Shown here in pieces: positions 38,751 to 52,818 of a stretch of DNA of 64,000 nt (position 1 is its first letter; the number at the start of each line of letters is the position of its first letter). The notes below the pieces were generated by a model. The model was not told the origin of the DNA, did not search any database, and was given only the letters and a program-made list of their open reading frames with translations. The DNA is taken from contig NMRA01000223.1 in the NCBI GenBank assembly GCA_002633005.1, positions 218,237 through 282,236 of the forward strand, written 5' to 3'. Source of the stretch: Phoronis australis. Taxonomy: Eukaryota > Animalia > Phoronida. Both the position numbers and the translations under genes were made by a program.

Positions 38751-40175
38751 TTTATCATAGCGGCGTGCCTTAACTGACTGAGCACTTGGAGTAAATATGC
38801 CTTCCATATCATCAGTATTATACATGAAGAATTCTCTTAGAGCCTTCTCGATAGGTTTCTCCAAAAGGGCTAGGTCACATTTTCTCTTAATGGCTTTCTT
38901 ATAAATGGCTGGAACGTTAGTTCGAAGTTTAACCGGCTCTGAAGTTTTGACCACTTTACTGTTTAGCCCAAACAGGGTGGTCTCGGCCTCGCACAACTCC
39001 TGGACCTGTCATTCAGTAAGACATGTCCGAGATATTTGGCCTTTAAACCTTTGTTTTTGATAAGGCTATAGATGACAGCCTCCCAAACCAGACAAAGATC
39101 AGTATGATCGAGTCGACGGTGTTTAGTATGCCTTTTTGTAATGATTAGGCCCTGCATTTTAATGTTTATTTCAAAACATTCAATTGACACTCATTTATGT
39201 TAAAGGCGTGGGCAACCTTTTCATTTATTCTTTAGTAAAATAATGTTCGTTGGTTATCCCAGACACATTTTCCACTTAATTGCAGGTTTTCGTAATTTAT
39301 GTAATTATACGTTGTCTACACCAGAAGTGATGTTTTCGGAGGCAAGAATTTCCCGCCTATTTCTTTTCGTTTAATCTGACTGTGAGAGCTGCCGAGTTAG
39401 TCATTGATAACTTTGGTCATCGTGTGATTTTGTTTGCGAGTCAGTCTAAATGCCACACTATTCGTGCGGACCGGGATGTACTCATTATCGTCTTAAGGAC
39501 AGAGGAACAATTGTCCCACTTGCCCGAGAGTCCGCGACATACTCCCACTGATAGTGACCTGAACACACAGACTGTTTACACCCCGCCGTGTGACTCCCTT
39601 GCCACATACCTGGCATCTTATTAATAATTCCAATACTTAAGACAAGTCCACAATAAACTTTTCAAAGTTTGGCTCCCCGATCTGTTCATTGAACGACGAG
39701 CTGTCCTCTACACTGGGTTTCGAACGGAGCCTGTATTCACTCCCACTACTTAACACTGCAGTACTTTGATTGCAGGCTTTGGGCCATAATAAGTACATCC
39801 CGGTACGCAACAACAGTGTGGCATGTTGACTGACAAGTAAACAAAAACAAACGACGATTGAACTTATGACAACCGAGGTAGGTGAATGACTGACTCGACA
39901 ACGCTCATACAGTCAGACTGTGGGAAAAGATATTGGCGCTAAATCCTTGCCTCCCAAAACGTCACTTCCGGCGTGGATAATGAATAATTGAATCAAATTA
40001 CGAAAAGCTATTTTTATGTGGAAAATATGGCTGGGATAATCATCGAACCTTATTTTTGCTAAAAATGACATGAAAAAGGTTGTCTTCGCTTTTAAGCCCA
40101 GAAAGTATTTCATTTCAATGCATCATGTCTAGAAGTCAAAAAAATGCAATTATCCATCCATCCATCCTTATATAC

Positions 40176-40278
40176 ATGTGTGTGTGGGTGTGTGTGTGGG
40201 TGTGTGTNNNNNNNNNNNNNNNNNNNNNNNNNNNNNNNNNNNNNNNNNNNNNNNNNNNNNNNNNNNNNNNNNNNNNTT

Positions 40279-40312
<34 letters not shown>
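40176..40312. repeat. (TG)n microsatellite spanning an assembly gap (N run 40208-40276)
   Basis: TG repeats on both sides of the Ns. Confidence 0.9.
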
Positions 40313-40552
40313 CATAAGTTCAATTGCCGTTGTAAACATAGCAATGCAGCAAATTCCCAGCGCCATACATAAGAGTTCCATTATCCGTTCAAAACTGGAA
40401 ACACATATAAATCAATATGATGTACTGCTTTACTTTCCAACATTCCACATAGTATAATCTGCTAAGGAATTCATTTTCCTTGATTTAGTATTTTGCTTGG
40501 CGTACTAACCTTCAAAAGCTAATAATTGTATTTTTCACATTTTCAATTACAG

Positions 40553-40721
40553 AATCTTGTGGGTTTTAGAGATGGAAAGAAATGCTCCTGCTATGCACGC
40601 GAAGATTTCACGTTTCAATATAATCGAAACCATTCTCGCTGCGAATACAAATGTGAGGGACATGAACACCAAAGTTGCGGCGGATACAGAAAGACATACC
40701 TGACGACACCAATTTTTCCTG
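40553..40721 (+). CDS. Host gene exon: C-terminal half of a WSC domain
   Basis: Acceptor TTTCAATTACAG|, donor CCTG|GTATTG. Translates NLVGFRDGKKCSCY...RCEYKCEGHEHQSCGG, the WSC G..C.C / C...C.G.....CGG pattern. Its phase-1 end joins the next exon in frame. Confidence 0.8.
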
Positions 40722-41319
40722 GTATTGTTTTGCAAGGTGTCACCCAAGTATAACGTGTTCATTACTTAAAGAGATGACATTTGCAAGTGTTGTGCTATGT
40801 TTCATGGCTTTTGATTGAATTCTACATGTATTACTCATTCGACAACAATGTCTTATACAAAGCAGCGTGTGCATTGCATTTTCAATGACTCGAAATGTTC
40901 TGAAGATGCAATAACACCGGTACCGGTATGAAATCACCGTTACCACGGGCAAAAGTGATGATCTCTGAATCTACGGTATTGTCATTTGTGAGACTGGTTT
41001 AGCTTTCACGTTGTTGAATTCGCAGTAGTTATCTCGTTATGTGCCGCTCAATTTTGCATACAACACTTGGTCTGTGGACACTCCGATATTTTGGGTTTTG
41101 GCCGAAATATGTGGATCCAGGCCCACAAAGAAACGAGGGCATGCAGTAATGATACGGGAATTAATCCCCAAAATAGTGAGCGCTGATTAATTAATGTAAG
41201 AACGAATATCGTTTTATGGTATTGACATATCCAGTTACCGAGTTTCAGAAAACCAGTCCAAAGACGACCGATATTCCGTTGCGTAATATCGTTTTGATCA
41301 ATTCAAATAGCAAAGGATT

Positions 41320-41490
41320 GTTCTTAAATCCTCTCGGCCCCTACACACCTCGAACTACGACTTCCTCGAACCACAACTCCCTCAACGCACGAAGCACGAC
41401 CCCCCANACCCCCCCCCCCCCCCCCCCCGACCCGCAGCCACTCTGACCCACCACTTACAATACCCAAAGACAGGTTCGGCTCCGTCAGGT
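41320..41490. repeat. Dispersed repeat (partner of 19310-19410) containing a poly-C run
   Basis: See 19310-19410. Confidence 0.65.
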
Positions 41491-44400
41491 TATGGACTCG
41501 CCTTTGGCTTCATTTTGCCCATGCAGCTGTAAAAACCGGCACACTTACCAGTAGGCATCCACAGGTTTAAAACGCACCAGAAACAAGGTTTTATATTCGA
41601 ACCAGGAAAAACGCACCTTTCTGCGGACCTCTGAAGCACCGAAAACATGCATTGCACTTTTCTTCCAATAGCGGGACAGGAATGCTGACGATGGATAGGA
41701 ATCACGAATCATTTTTCTGTTTGGTTGATCAGAGCGCGACTACAGCTGGTCGGGAAAGTTGGCAAGCGAGCTGCCCCAAGCTCTTCCCACACAAGGGCTG
41801 TCCACTTAAATAATGTCTCATGCAACAGAAATCACAATTCGAATTGATTAGATCAAGGCGCGGGCTCAGGAGCACTGAAAAAGGTAAGGGGCTACAACCC
41901 CCGCTACCTATGTCGCGCCGCAAGATTATTCTTCAAATTGTGTAAAATGCTATAAAGGCATACCTGACAATGAATAATTACAATAAACAGACAAAATCGG
42001 CGACAGAGTACAGTGTAGCATAAATCACGATGAAGTGCGCAACGTTCAACAGAGAATTACACTAATTTTATCCCATACACCAATTAAATAGTTGTTCGGA
42101 AACATTTTTAATCAAAGTATTCGATTTTCTTGACTGAAAGGGCTTTCGTTTTGCCTTTACTATTGCAAAAACAGTGAAGGCAATGATCGACCTCTCTGTT
42201 CAACCACGTGACGGAGCCTTTTTTATTTTTTTTCCATATATTTTGCTCTACCATGATAAGTACATGTCACATAAAACGATACAATATAGATCATTTACAA
42301 AGAATAACATTAAATCACAGGTCAACACGTACCGTATTTCGTCTGGATGTTATTTAAAAAGTTTATAAAGATTTGGAAATTGAGATTTTTTTATTTTGTC
42401 CATGCGGAATGGTGCTATTCGGAAAATTTAAATTAACTAGAGGGCGAGCGTGTAATAGCGGTGACAGATTAACAGCTTCGATTTTGCGAACCCTTTAAAT
42501 ACATGGTGAAATGGCTTGTAGGCGTGCCAACTGAATCTGAGATTGCATGAAAAGGACTCTTCTATGAGAGAAAGTAAGCACGATCTTATAGAAAGGTAAG
42601 GTTTGTTATTATTTTAACAATCATTCCATGTTTATTCTACTGATGCCTGTTAACTGAGATACTCGCCGGTGTCGACTTCACGGCAGTCGCCAGTCGTGTT
42701 AATCTTTGTCGTGATGCGCGTTACGATACTTGACGTAGCACTCGGGATATTTTTGTACATCAAAGCAGTATTATTGTTTGGAATGATTTCTAACAGGTTT
42801 ATCAGTGACAGTTACATCAATGAGTGCTATATGTTTAACTCGATATTGGTTAGTGAGATTATCCAAGCCCAATGCTTTGGCAAAGAATACGTAAATATAC
42901 ATTAGACTATTTGTTTACTCCATATTCTGTGTCTACCGGAAATTTTTTACACGTTGAAATAAAAATCTATCATGTCTGTTTTCACGTGACCTTTGTTTTT
43001 TAGGTTTGAGGGCTTGTACCGTGCAAAGGAGATACGCATCGCTCCTGCATAGACCCTGAATGAAAAAAAATGGTTTTAAGCAGTTGACTGCAGCTAACCA
43101 GGAAGATCTTCCCATCCAGTGTACATGTAGATCTGTTGTGAAAGCCTAGTCTATTCATCGGAGACAACGAACAAGCTTTGTTACTCCGGCCCACAACATT
43201 CCCACACATCACTAGTGATGCATGGCACAATGTAAATGTCAGTGGCCCTTGTGAAATGTGAGTCGCAGTACGAAGTTTCCATAAGACAACGTGTTGTTTG
43301 TGGATGAAGATGAACTATATCTGACTGCTACACAAGTCAGCCTCGTTCGTGAGGATGGTCTTCATAGGCAATAAGTCATGTGTGGAGAATAGTTTATTTC
43401 GTGTCCTGGAAGAAACATGCTGGATTGAAGCTAAAGAAGACGTAGTGACACTCTGGTCTAGTTCAGGGTCAGATTTTGGGCACAAAACGAGTCAAGTGAT
43501 ATGCCTTTGTGTTTACCTTCAAGGATCTAATTGAGGGTGAAGGTTACCTGGAGGACAGCCACTTGCCGAAACTGGACCTTTTTTACAAGTGCTTCTATAG
43601 GCTATTGAAACTAGATATATGTGAAATGAAAACCAAAAGCATCTGGTATAAATACTTGTCCTTTCTCACTGAGTGACATTAACTTTTCCTTTCAGAAGAA
43701 AGGCTTTATGCTAATGGTAAAAACTTTTTAATTTGGTACATATTATGGAGAAATGACATTCAGTGACTGCATCGATTGTCTGATTGTCAGTAGAAAGCCC
43801 GTTAATGTTACACTTTGATGATGAATAAAATTTTCATCAACAGTCAAGATTGTCACTAATTATTGAAACCACAATATTTCCTCAGTTTTAATGCCCCACA
43901 CAGTGTAGTTGTGCTTATTCTTTATCAAGCTGAAATGATTAACGATTACGCTTGCGAATTGTTTTCCTCAGTGTTGACCTCTAGAAATGTGTATCGGTCA
44001 AAAGATAAAGTATTCCCTTTGTTTGCATTTGATTTGTAATTGTAATTGTTGTGTAATTATTTTTAGAGCTTTCTTAAGAAGGCCTTTGAACAATTTTAAA
44101 TTTTGTGTTAATTTGTCCACAACAAAAGTTCCACATGCAAGAAAAGTATATAAAGAAACAACATTGTTAAAAATCATTGTTATTTTCCCTAGCAATGTAG
44201 TCCAAAATCAGGCATATCAAGGGCTAAATTTCTGAATTTCGTTCGATTCTCTCAGGTTAATGCTGAAGGGTTGCTTTTCACTTTGACCAAAGGTAAAATA
44301 GACGTTCAGGTGTTTGGTTTCAGTCGTTTTCTCTCACCTGAAACAGAATACCGGGAGTAATATTAACAAATTATATAAGAAAACACAAGACAGAACTACT

Positions 44401-45289
44401 TAAATAAGGCAGAACATACTTGACGTTTCATCTTCATGTTTATGTGTAGAACCTGATAATATTTGTACCCATGTCTAATTTAAGATCTGAATAAAATGTG
44501 AAACAGGCTAAAAGTGATTTAATAATGTGCATTTTTCACGACACCTACAATGTGCATCTGACCTCAACATGTAAAATTCATTCTAGGAGTTAATTTTTAT
44601 TCTAATGCAATGTTATGACGTTTACTGAATAGCTTATTCATCTGTTAATTCAGTAACTAATCTGGTAGTCCTGGGGGTGAAATCCGCCATAAACTAAGGA
44701 AACTCAGTCGTCTAGAGAATTTTATTGGACATAGCATAGCTTTGAAGACAACCTGCTGTGAAATTCATCCTTGACTTCTGAGCGTCACGTATCATACATC
44801 TCTTATGTTGGGCGTATTCCCACCCGTAGAGGACATGTGAATAGGTGCTGCTAGCCTACCTGGCATCTGAGTCCTGGGTGAGTTTTCGAAAAGAAACACT
44901 TAGTTCCATTCAATAAACCCGTTATTCAGAGGGGTAACTGGTGGGGATAATATCATCGAACGATGTCGATAGAAACTTGATTGCTAAAAACTTACCAAGT
45001 TACGTTTTGTTGTCTGCCAAAGGGGCTTCGGTATCCACACGAATTTTGTCAGTTGGTTGACCCTTTTGACCGCAATGCTCCACGAATGTGGTAACCTTAG
45101 GTCTTTAGCTAATTTGTGACCACCTATCCAAGACTTGCACCAGAGAAAATAGCAATAATAAGGCTTTGCGCGACAGCGTATTTTGAAAACAATCCGTCTT
45201 TTTACCTGCTGTTTACATGCAGACAGCGACGCATGCGCAATTCAACCACCACTAGTACAGCAGCGACACCGCGAGGAGAATTCTCCTAA

Positions 45290-46140
45290 TAGCCCCATTT
45301 TACATATGCTTGTTTTAACCATTTAGCGAACAGCAGATAGAAACCGAAGACAAGACGATATTCCCAAAACAGATGAAGAAATGTTTTAATGTGTTCACCA
45401 TCGAAAGAGCATAAACCCTTGTTTTTATTAAATTTTATTCCAGTAATTATTGGTTGGCAATATTTTGTAAAATTAAGCAGCATTGAAACCAATGCAATTT
45501 TGTATCATTTGTACAATTGAAGGGGAGTTTATTTACTTTTCTCCACTATGTATCAGGGTCCCTAAAATCTTCATTATTTATAACAACGTTTACATGTATA
45601 TCAGATGATCATTTGTTTTTATATATACAAGCTGTCTGAAGTGACCCTACCAAGGTGAAATGTAAAATTTTAATAAATATAAATAGGAGAATTTCGTAAA
45701 AAGTTATTGCAATGCCTATTCTTATGTCCCCTGTACGCTGCAAAGGTTGCACTTCTTAATCCATACAGTTCTTCGTATGACATAAAATAACTTTCAGACA
45801 CGCGATAGACTCCCCTTTCAGAACAGGGCTTGTAGAAAATACATGTAGATTTCCTACAGACTTTAATCTTTGAATTATACCACAGGGGAGAGTAAATGAG
45901 TTTTTCATTTTTGTCACATATTTGCAACTGGAACACAGCATCTCATAAAACTTCTGTCGGTTCACTTGACTATTTTTTAAGGAAAGCATCTCCCATTTTA
46001 AAAAAGTCATCAACTTTACAACCCAAGACTGCTTCTCCAAGGTTACGTATGGTATATGAGGTGTATAGTTTAAGAAGCCTCGTTACTTTCAAAGACAAGA
46101 ACCATTTTTAAACCACCATTATCCTGATTTTTAACAATTT
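45290..46140 (-). pseudogene. L1/Tx1-clade LINE ORF2 3' fragment
   Basis: Minus strand: NGGL motif (about 46110), SWVVKL, SPLWYNSKIK, and the zf-RVT-like CSF.....T.LHLFWE (45286-45492). Confidence 0.7.
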
Positions 46141-46775
46141 TATTTCGGCTTATTACGTGACGGAAGTTAATAACTCAAGAAAAGACACCCGGCGACGTAA
46201 TGAGAATATGAAGTATGTAAAAAGTGCAAAATACATCTATTGACACAGGATGTGGGTCGAGAGGGTAATGGGTAGAGTGCAGATGGGGTTGTGTGTCGAG
46301 GGGGACTTAGAACAATCCCATCGCAAAATCACTTTGCGTTTTGTTCAAAACAAGCACTGCTGTTTTGAAATAATGAGTTGTCAATACGGAAAGTCCATTA
46401 ATTAAACCATCGTGTACGTTTCAAAATCAACAAGAAAGACCCTGCTAGATTCTCTCAAACAGTGAATGATAGAAATGCTTCCAAAATGCACAATTTATTC
46501 GGGTCTTTGTCCCATTGAAAGTAAAGTAAAGTTTTATTGTAATTCACTCAGAAAGTAGCCACTACCCCGTTCCGTGATTTCTGAACGGCATTGTGTAGCA
46601 ACACGTTGTGCTTTCGTCAAACTGCACGTTCCACTGACCAGCTTTAAAAAACGATTCAACACTTAAAGAAATAACCGTAACCGTTTCGCTACTAGCTTTA
46701 ATGCGAGGTAAAATGTTTTCAACTTTCGATATCGTATGGTTTATTGTCAAGTTAACTGTAATACTTTGGTTACAG

Positions 46776-47063
46776 AACTACCTAACTGCTTCTCCAGAGA
46801 GCGTGAACCATTACACAATGCAACATTGGGGCGTGATGCTTACGTAAACGACGTATTCAACACTCAGCAGAAATGCCGGGAGGCGTGTAGCAAAATGGAA
46901 TACCCGTTTGCTGAAGTGTGGGGCATGGTCAATTGTTGGTGCTCAACAAATTTCTTTGGAGCACAAATGGTCCCTGAGCCGTTTTGTGAATTGCCATGCC
47001 CCGGAAACTTAGAGGAGAAATGCGGTGGCTTTATTTACGCCTGGGTTATGAAGTCAGCTCCAG
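46776..47063 (+). CDS. Host gene exon: complete WSC domain
   Basis: 288-nt phase 1-1 exon (TTACAG| ... CCAG|GTTGGT), no stops. Eight Cys in WSC spacing: CF, CREAC, CWC, CELPCPG....KCGG. Confidence 0.92.
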
Positions 47064-49099
47064 GTTGGTTTTGTATTAATGTATAACACGTGAACAGCAT
47101 GATTAAACGCGAATCATTTAACTCCGTCAACCGTTTTAATTGTCCAATAGTGCCCTTATGGGATGGTGTTACAAAAAGGAGTACAATGATTTGCATGCAT
47201 CATGCCCAAAGACTAGGGTGTGTACGGCGCCAGTTTTAAGAAATTTTATAGATTATTTCAATGCATACACCGGCTTGAACAATATTCGTTAAATCTAAAC
47301 CCTCAGTGAGTCTTTATGTACAACCTGGGTAACACATGGGTAATGGGCATCCCAGCACTAAAGAAGCGGGCTAAATCCCCCCACCACGGCAGCCTCCCTG
47401 AGGTACACCGCCCATAGACCATGGGCGGCCCAGCATTGAAAGATCTCCGCACGCTTCGCCGCCCATGATATATTCCAGCTGCTTTCTTATGTGCATGCGA
47501 AAGAAGTCGTTTTCAAGCTTTGAGCGTTGCACTGTTGCGCACAGCGCTCAGGCTAAGTGCTCTATTTACACCGCCATCTAGTCTATTTACACTGTCACGA
47601 CGTCACAGTTCGGTCTATTCTCCGGCAATCGTCAGGTGTTCCCCTCGTTCTCGTCGAATCTGTGGTACACTCAAGGTGTGATTTGTTTGTAAGGCAGGAT
47701 TTGAAAGCACGACTTCTTAAACAACAGATATCTCGATTCCAGCACATTTACCACTACACCACGGAGTCATCCATTTACTTAGAGAGTATTTTATTATACT
47801 TAAACCTTCCTAAGTAGACTGAGCCAGGTGTCACTTGGTTGTTTGCTTGGCTGACTGAATATATTGCCTTGTACTTTCATGTACATGGCTTCCTTGTTCA
47901 TTCTCTTGGTCCAACCTGTTTCACTGTCAAGGTCACTAGAACAGCAGCGTGAGGTGTACCAGGTAGAAACGAAAAGGTTATGATGCTATGGTCTTTGCTC
48001 CAAAGACTCATTTCAACCGATCTTGCCTTTTTTTCGAGAGTTGCTATTGGGTCTTATCCATTAAAGTCCTTCTCTCACGCGTTGTTAACCCTTATTAAAT
48101 GGCTAGAGGATGTTATAAGGATCCAAGAAGTACTTGCCCCATAACTAATACACAATCCGTACTCGAAAAAAGTTTAAATGAACGCGCCACTCACGATTCG
48201 CATCCGACGAACCACCGCCATTTTGAACTTGCCGCGTACAAGTCATTCAGGAACCCAGGCTAAGAAAACGACTGGAGCAGTGCCTGTACTGTTACCAGCC
48301 AGCAAACGGGGATAAAATAATAGACAGCGCGTCTTAATTTCAATAATATCCAACTACGGACAATTTTATAGAATTTTCTGAAGAAATGTGGCGAAGAAAA
48401 TTTGACAGAAATTATTTTGCCAGACTCGGGGCCGCAGCCTATCGGACCCGGTGCTAATAATCTCTCTACAGTGCATCACAACATGTTGAAAACAATATTC
48501 GAAATGAACGCTATAAATGACTGCTGAGGCTAAAAAGCATCAAAACTGCACTGTGATTGGTTATATTACAATGGTAGCATCTATTTAGCCAATAAACAAT
48601 TACCTAGGAGCGGTGGTAGACAGCAATTACAATGCACTCTGGAAACGCCCTAAGGTGTACATACAACGCCTCTAGTGGACATAAAGTTCCTAAACAAAAG
48701 ACTATTGCTCCTGCAGAACAATACGCAAACATAGAAGGGTCAAATACTGTTAAAAAATCGCTTTTGGCAAGAAAGGCGAAAAGAATATAAAAAGGGTGTC
48801 GAAAATAAGATTTTATGTAGTTAGTATTTTCGGATACTAGAACCACATGGGCAGTTTGAGAGAAGGACTTTAAATGGGCTTTTGAATTACATTGCAGACC
48901 CGTGAATTTTGATTCTTGCATATTTTTTATTCTAATTTTTGTCCTTTCACCAACTTGTCTACGTCTGGAGGAATCCGCATGCAGATATTGTGTAGTCGAT
49001 AAGATTTTGAGCTCCTAGTTTTCAGTCAAAATAAATAAATAAAATAAACATATGTGGAACACCATAAATACGACATAACGCAACTGCGAGCGATAGTGA

Positions 49100-51840
49100 G
49101 CAAACGCAAGATGGGATCGAGCTGAGAGACTTTGAAATGAATGAGCCACAAACTATTAGTGATCCTGCTGACAGCACTGAAATCTCAGTTTGCTTTAATA
49201 CCGGCCCTGAGTCAAAATATTGCATAGTTAATGAATGAGCTCCAGGATGTTAAGTCCTCGGTTGATATCGCTGTGACCGTGGTCAATGAAGAGAAAGATA
49301 CAAGTGTTTCAACACACAACAAAAGCACTGGGCTCGAGTGCGACGACCAAAACTTAAATGCAGAAGTTCTTCTACTTCGTAGGCGTTTTGTGGGAATCGA
49401 GTATCAGTCTCACAGATCAAATCTGTTGTTTGATGCTAGTCCGGAGGTCAATAACTAGAGATGGTGTGACTGTTAGGCGCGCACAGAGTAGGAAAACAAC
49501 AACAAGGTAAACATCGCCTCATAATTGTGAAGTTAACATACTGCAAGGACAAATCAGTAATTTGGGGAAAATATCGTATTAAAGAACGAACGCATGAGGA
49601 TGAATGAAGATTTTCCTCCGGAGATTGTTGACACGCGACTGACTCTTAAGTCGTTTTTGAAAAGTGCGAAATGTCTGCTTGTTGCGTAAAAGGTTGTTTG
49701 AGGATGGATGCGCTAATAGTGGATGGCGGTAGCTGTCTATACATTAATTAATGTAGACACATTTCTGAAGATATTAGGCCACACAAAAGAAACAGCTACC
49801 CATGAGCTGGCCCAACAGAAGCAAGAAATACGGCTGGGGACATTTCAATGTCAGTTTACATCTGTTTAACGATCATGCATCTTTTGTCATCGATGTTTGT
49901 AAGCAGGTATACATGTATGCATCATATATTTTGTTTTTTTTTCTCTGAAAATGGTCACACGAGGCATCTGGTCTCATCACTTTATGTTAAACAGCTTTGT
50001 AGTAAAAAATTGTCTTTTATTATATAATTGGTTGTGTAATCCGTTGACGTTCAAATAATGGCAACACTAAGATGATCATATAAGGTCATCCCTATCGTTA
50101 CAAGATCTTTTTAGGATGAGGCGTACCCACTGATGTGTATCCTACACAAAAGATTTGCTGATAGGTACAAAAAGGCAACTGGCCTTAATCTGTTTATGTA
50201 CGTAACTAATGGTATTAGTTTCTGCAATCCTGGACAGTTACTTGTGACCCTCTTGTTCAGTGGAACTCAACTGTATGTTTCGGCCCAAAGTTCAACCTTT
50301 GCTACGTTTTTCTTTTGCAGAGCTACAATTCATTAACAGTAGCATAGTTAGTGTGAGTATACCTTTAAGTCCGTTTCTGCTAACGGCAGCGGACTTCAGA
50401 GCTAACGAAAGAGACAATTTTATTTTTAAGTTTTCAAAGGAAAAAATGCTTCAATGTTCTATTTGCAAGACATTCATTGCCATTTAAAGGATGTCAACAC
50501 TGTTCGCTCACGGTGGGTTTCCAGTGTGTGTGTGCTGTCCTGGAACAAATAATTGTCGAGGTACTGCGATTCTCTTTAACAATACGTTTGAGTAAAACTA
50601 GAAAGCATTTGATTGATCGTCAGGGAAAACCTTATAATGTCTGAATTACTTTTAATGAACCGTTTCGAGGTTGTTCATGTAATTTACCAAGGACCAAACG
50701 CTGACAGGTCGAATTTTTATGAAAGGTCCAAACATCGATAGGTGATATGGATTTTTATTTTGTTATTTTATGTGGTTACTAAAATCTTGTGCGAAATTTT
50801 GATATGGATTTTTTAAGTTATTACAATAGTAAAAACCCGAATGCCAAAAACACAATTGAAGTCATGAAGAAAGCTTTCAAATTAACTGATCCTTAGCGTG
50901 TTTGTAACCCAAACACTACTGGTCAATCATGGCGCAAATTAAACCCCGTCAAAAAGGCAAGATTAGATTTTTTTTCTCGTATCAGGTGAACTTCAGTTAT
51001 AAACCGATCGAGCATAGTACCTGGCTAAAGATCCGACCATTCAATAGTCACAATCACCGTATAGTTGAATAATTCCAATCATCTGACAAGGGGTTTGGGA
51101 AACTGAACGCCTTCCTCCTCCAAGACAAAGAATGTATGCAGAAAACTTAAGAGATTTATACGAAGTGAGAAAGGAATATGCAGCATTGGTTTTCAATTTT
51201 GACAACATTAATCAGAAACCGGATGGTGAACTATGTCTTACAGTTGATGGCATTTAATTCCTTGATTTCCTTTTAAAGAAAATGGTGGAATCTGTCATTT
51301 ACATGTACTGTTGTTCAAGGAGGACAAAACAAATACATGCTAAAAAGGCAATTTTGTAAGTCCAAATTCAATTATTGCATGATTTTGTGGATCATCACCG
51401 TGATGATTCTTTGAGTAATATTTAAAGGTATGTTCACTCTTAGCAACTGGAACTCCGAGCACACGACCTTAAAGAATCTCTAATAATATCATGTGCTTGC
51501 TGGATTGAAAATGGCGAGAAGCCAGCAAAATGTTTGTGTGGACTTGAAAAGAGGAATTTTGTATATGTGCGTAGCGAGAAATTTAAAGAAGCTTTCCTAG
51601 TTTTTGATAACTTGAGGGCATATAATACAATGCAGATTGTTGTAAAGTTGATTACTCAATTTTGAGTTGGAGCGAAACATAACTAAATTTTAAGATCTTG
51701 AATTTTTTGTTTAGAATCTCTGTTATACCTGTCATAGTTAGTATTTAGGGTTGTTGTTTGTGACTTAAGTGCAAATTTGCTATGTATCAGTGTTTTGTAA
51801 ATACGGTTTTATTGCAATAATAAAAGATTTAAAAAAAAAA
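49100..51840 (+). pseudogene. Decayed L1/Tx1-clade LINE: ORF1, APE endonuclease and 3' tail
   Basis: ORF1 motifs EYQSHRSNLLFD, IIVKL...DK, MNEDFPPEI; endonuclease GTAILFNN, ARLDFF, SDHS; ends AATAAAAGATTTAAAAAAAAAA at 51840. Confidence 0.75.
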
Positions 51841-51899
51841 TGTCTACGTCTGAGGTACCTCGCACTTCGTTGTTGAATTCGTAAGTCCGAATGTGCATG

Positions 51900-52400
51900 T
51901 CTTTTGTCGGAATATTTTAGTTTCCTAACTTTGAAGGATAAGGGACAAAAGAAAAAGATTATCTTTAAATTTTTGAGACGGTATGGTTGTGGTATCTTTT
52001 GTTTGCAAAAGCACTCGTCTTGTTTAATCAGAAATTTCTACGGTTTGAGCCCATTGGCGACATCTTGTGTTAATGAACCCCGGAACGAGAGAATGGAGAG
52101 TTTATTGCATCTTGTTAAATAAAAACTTTGAATGCGAAAAGTTGGTAAAACCCACATTGATAACAATGGTAACACTGTTGTCATTTAAATACTGGAGTCT
52201 CGGTAACGTTAGCCTACACTTGTGGTCCCAGCATGGATGACCCTGCATTTTTAGAACCCTGCTTCAAGTAGTCTCGGTCTACAATTCAGAGTTCAAAATC
52301 CGTTCTGGCGACTGGAATTTACTCAGGATTACAATATTGACTGTGCATGATACAAGCACCCAAACAATCCGGTTGCAGAAAAACAGGTATCCAGTATCAG
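51900..52400 (+). pseudogene. Second L1/Tx1 endonuclease fragment
   Basis: K.KIIF..L....CGIFCLQ, GP..DDPAF and GDWN-like sequence, heavily frameshifted. Confidence 0.5.
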
Positions 52401-52818
52401 TCTAATGACGAAATGAAATTTGGTCGAGTTTTTTATAATTATAGTGAGCAAATTAAAAGTCAAAATTTTAGTAAAGGGACATCTTTACAGGTATACAACC
52501 ATTTATGGAAATTATATATTTCGGTAAGCAATACTGTTTGATTTGTAATGAAATTAGGTGTCTTCTTGCATGTCACAACTGCACACGGAATATGATTGAA
52601 ATGACGTAGCACAAAGTTGTGGGATTTAAAATCCAGAACCAATGTTTCATTATATTAAAAACAGAAATATTTTTGAGTTTGGCCTGTGAAGGCAACATGG
52701 TCCAATACTGGCACTATACTGTTCCACCACTGCATTTTCGCTTAGTGACTTAGTATGCCGTATCATTGTGTCTCCAACGTACAGTGGCCACATCAACGTA
52801 TCAATACTGGTTCTTTAA

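Noticed and set aside
47590-47830. Possible LTR beginning TGTCACGAC
   Set aside because: No matching second LTR, TSD, PBS or gag/pol relic was found.
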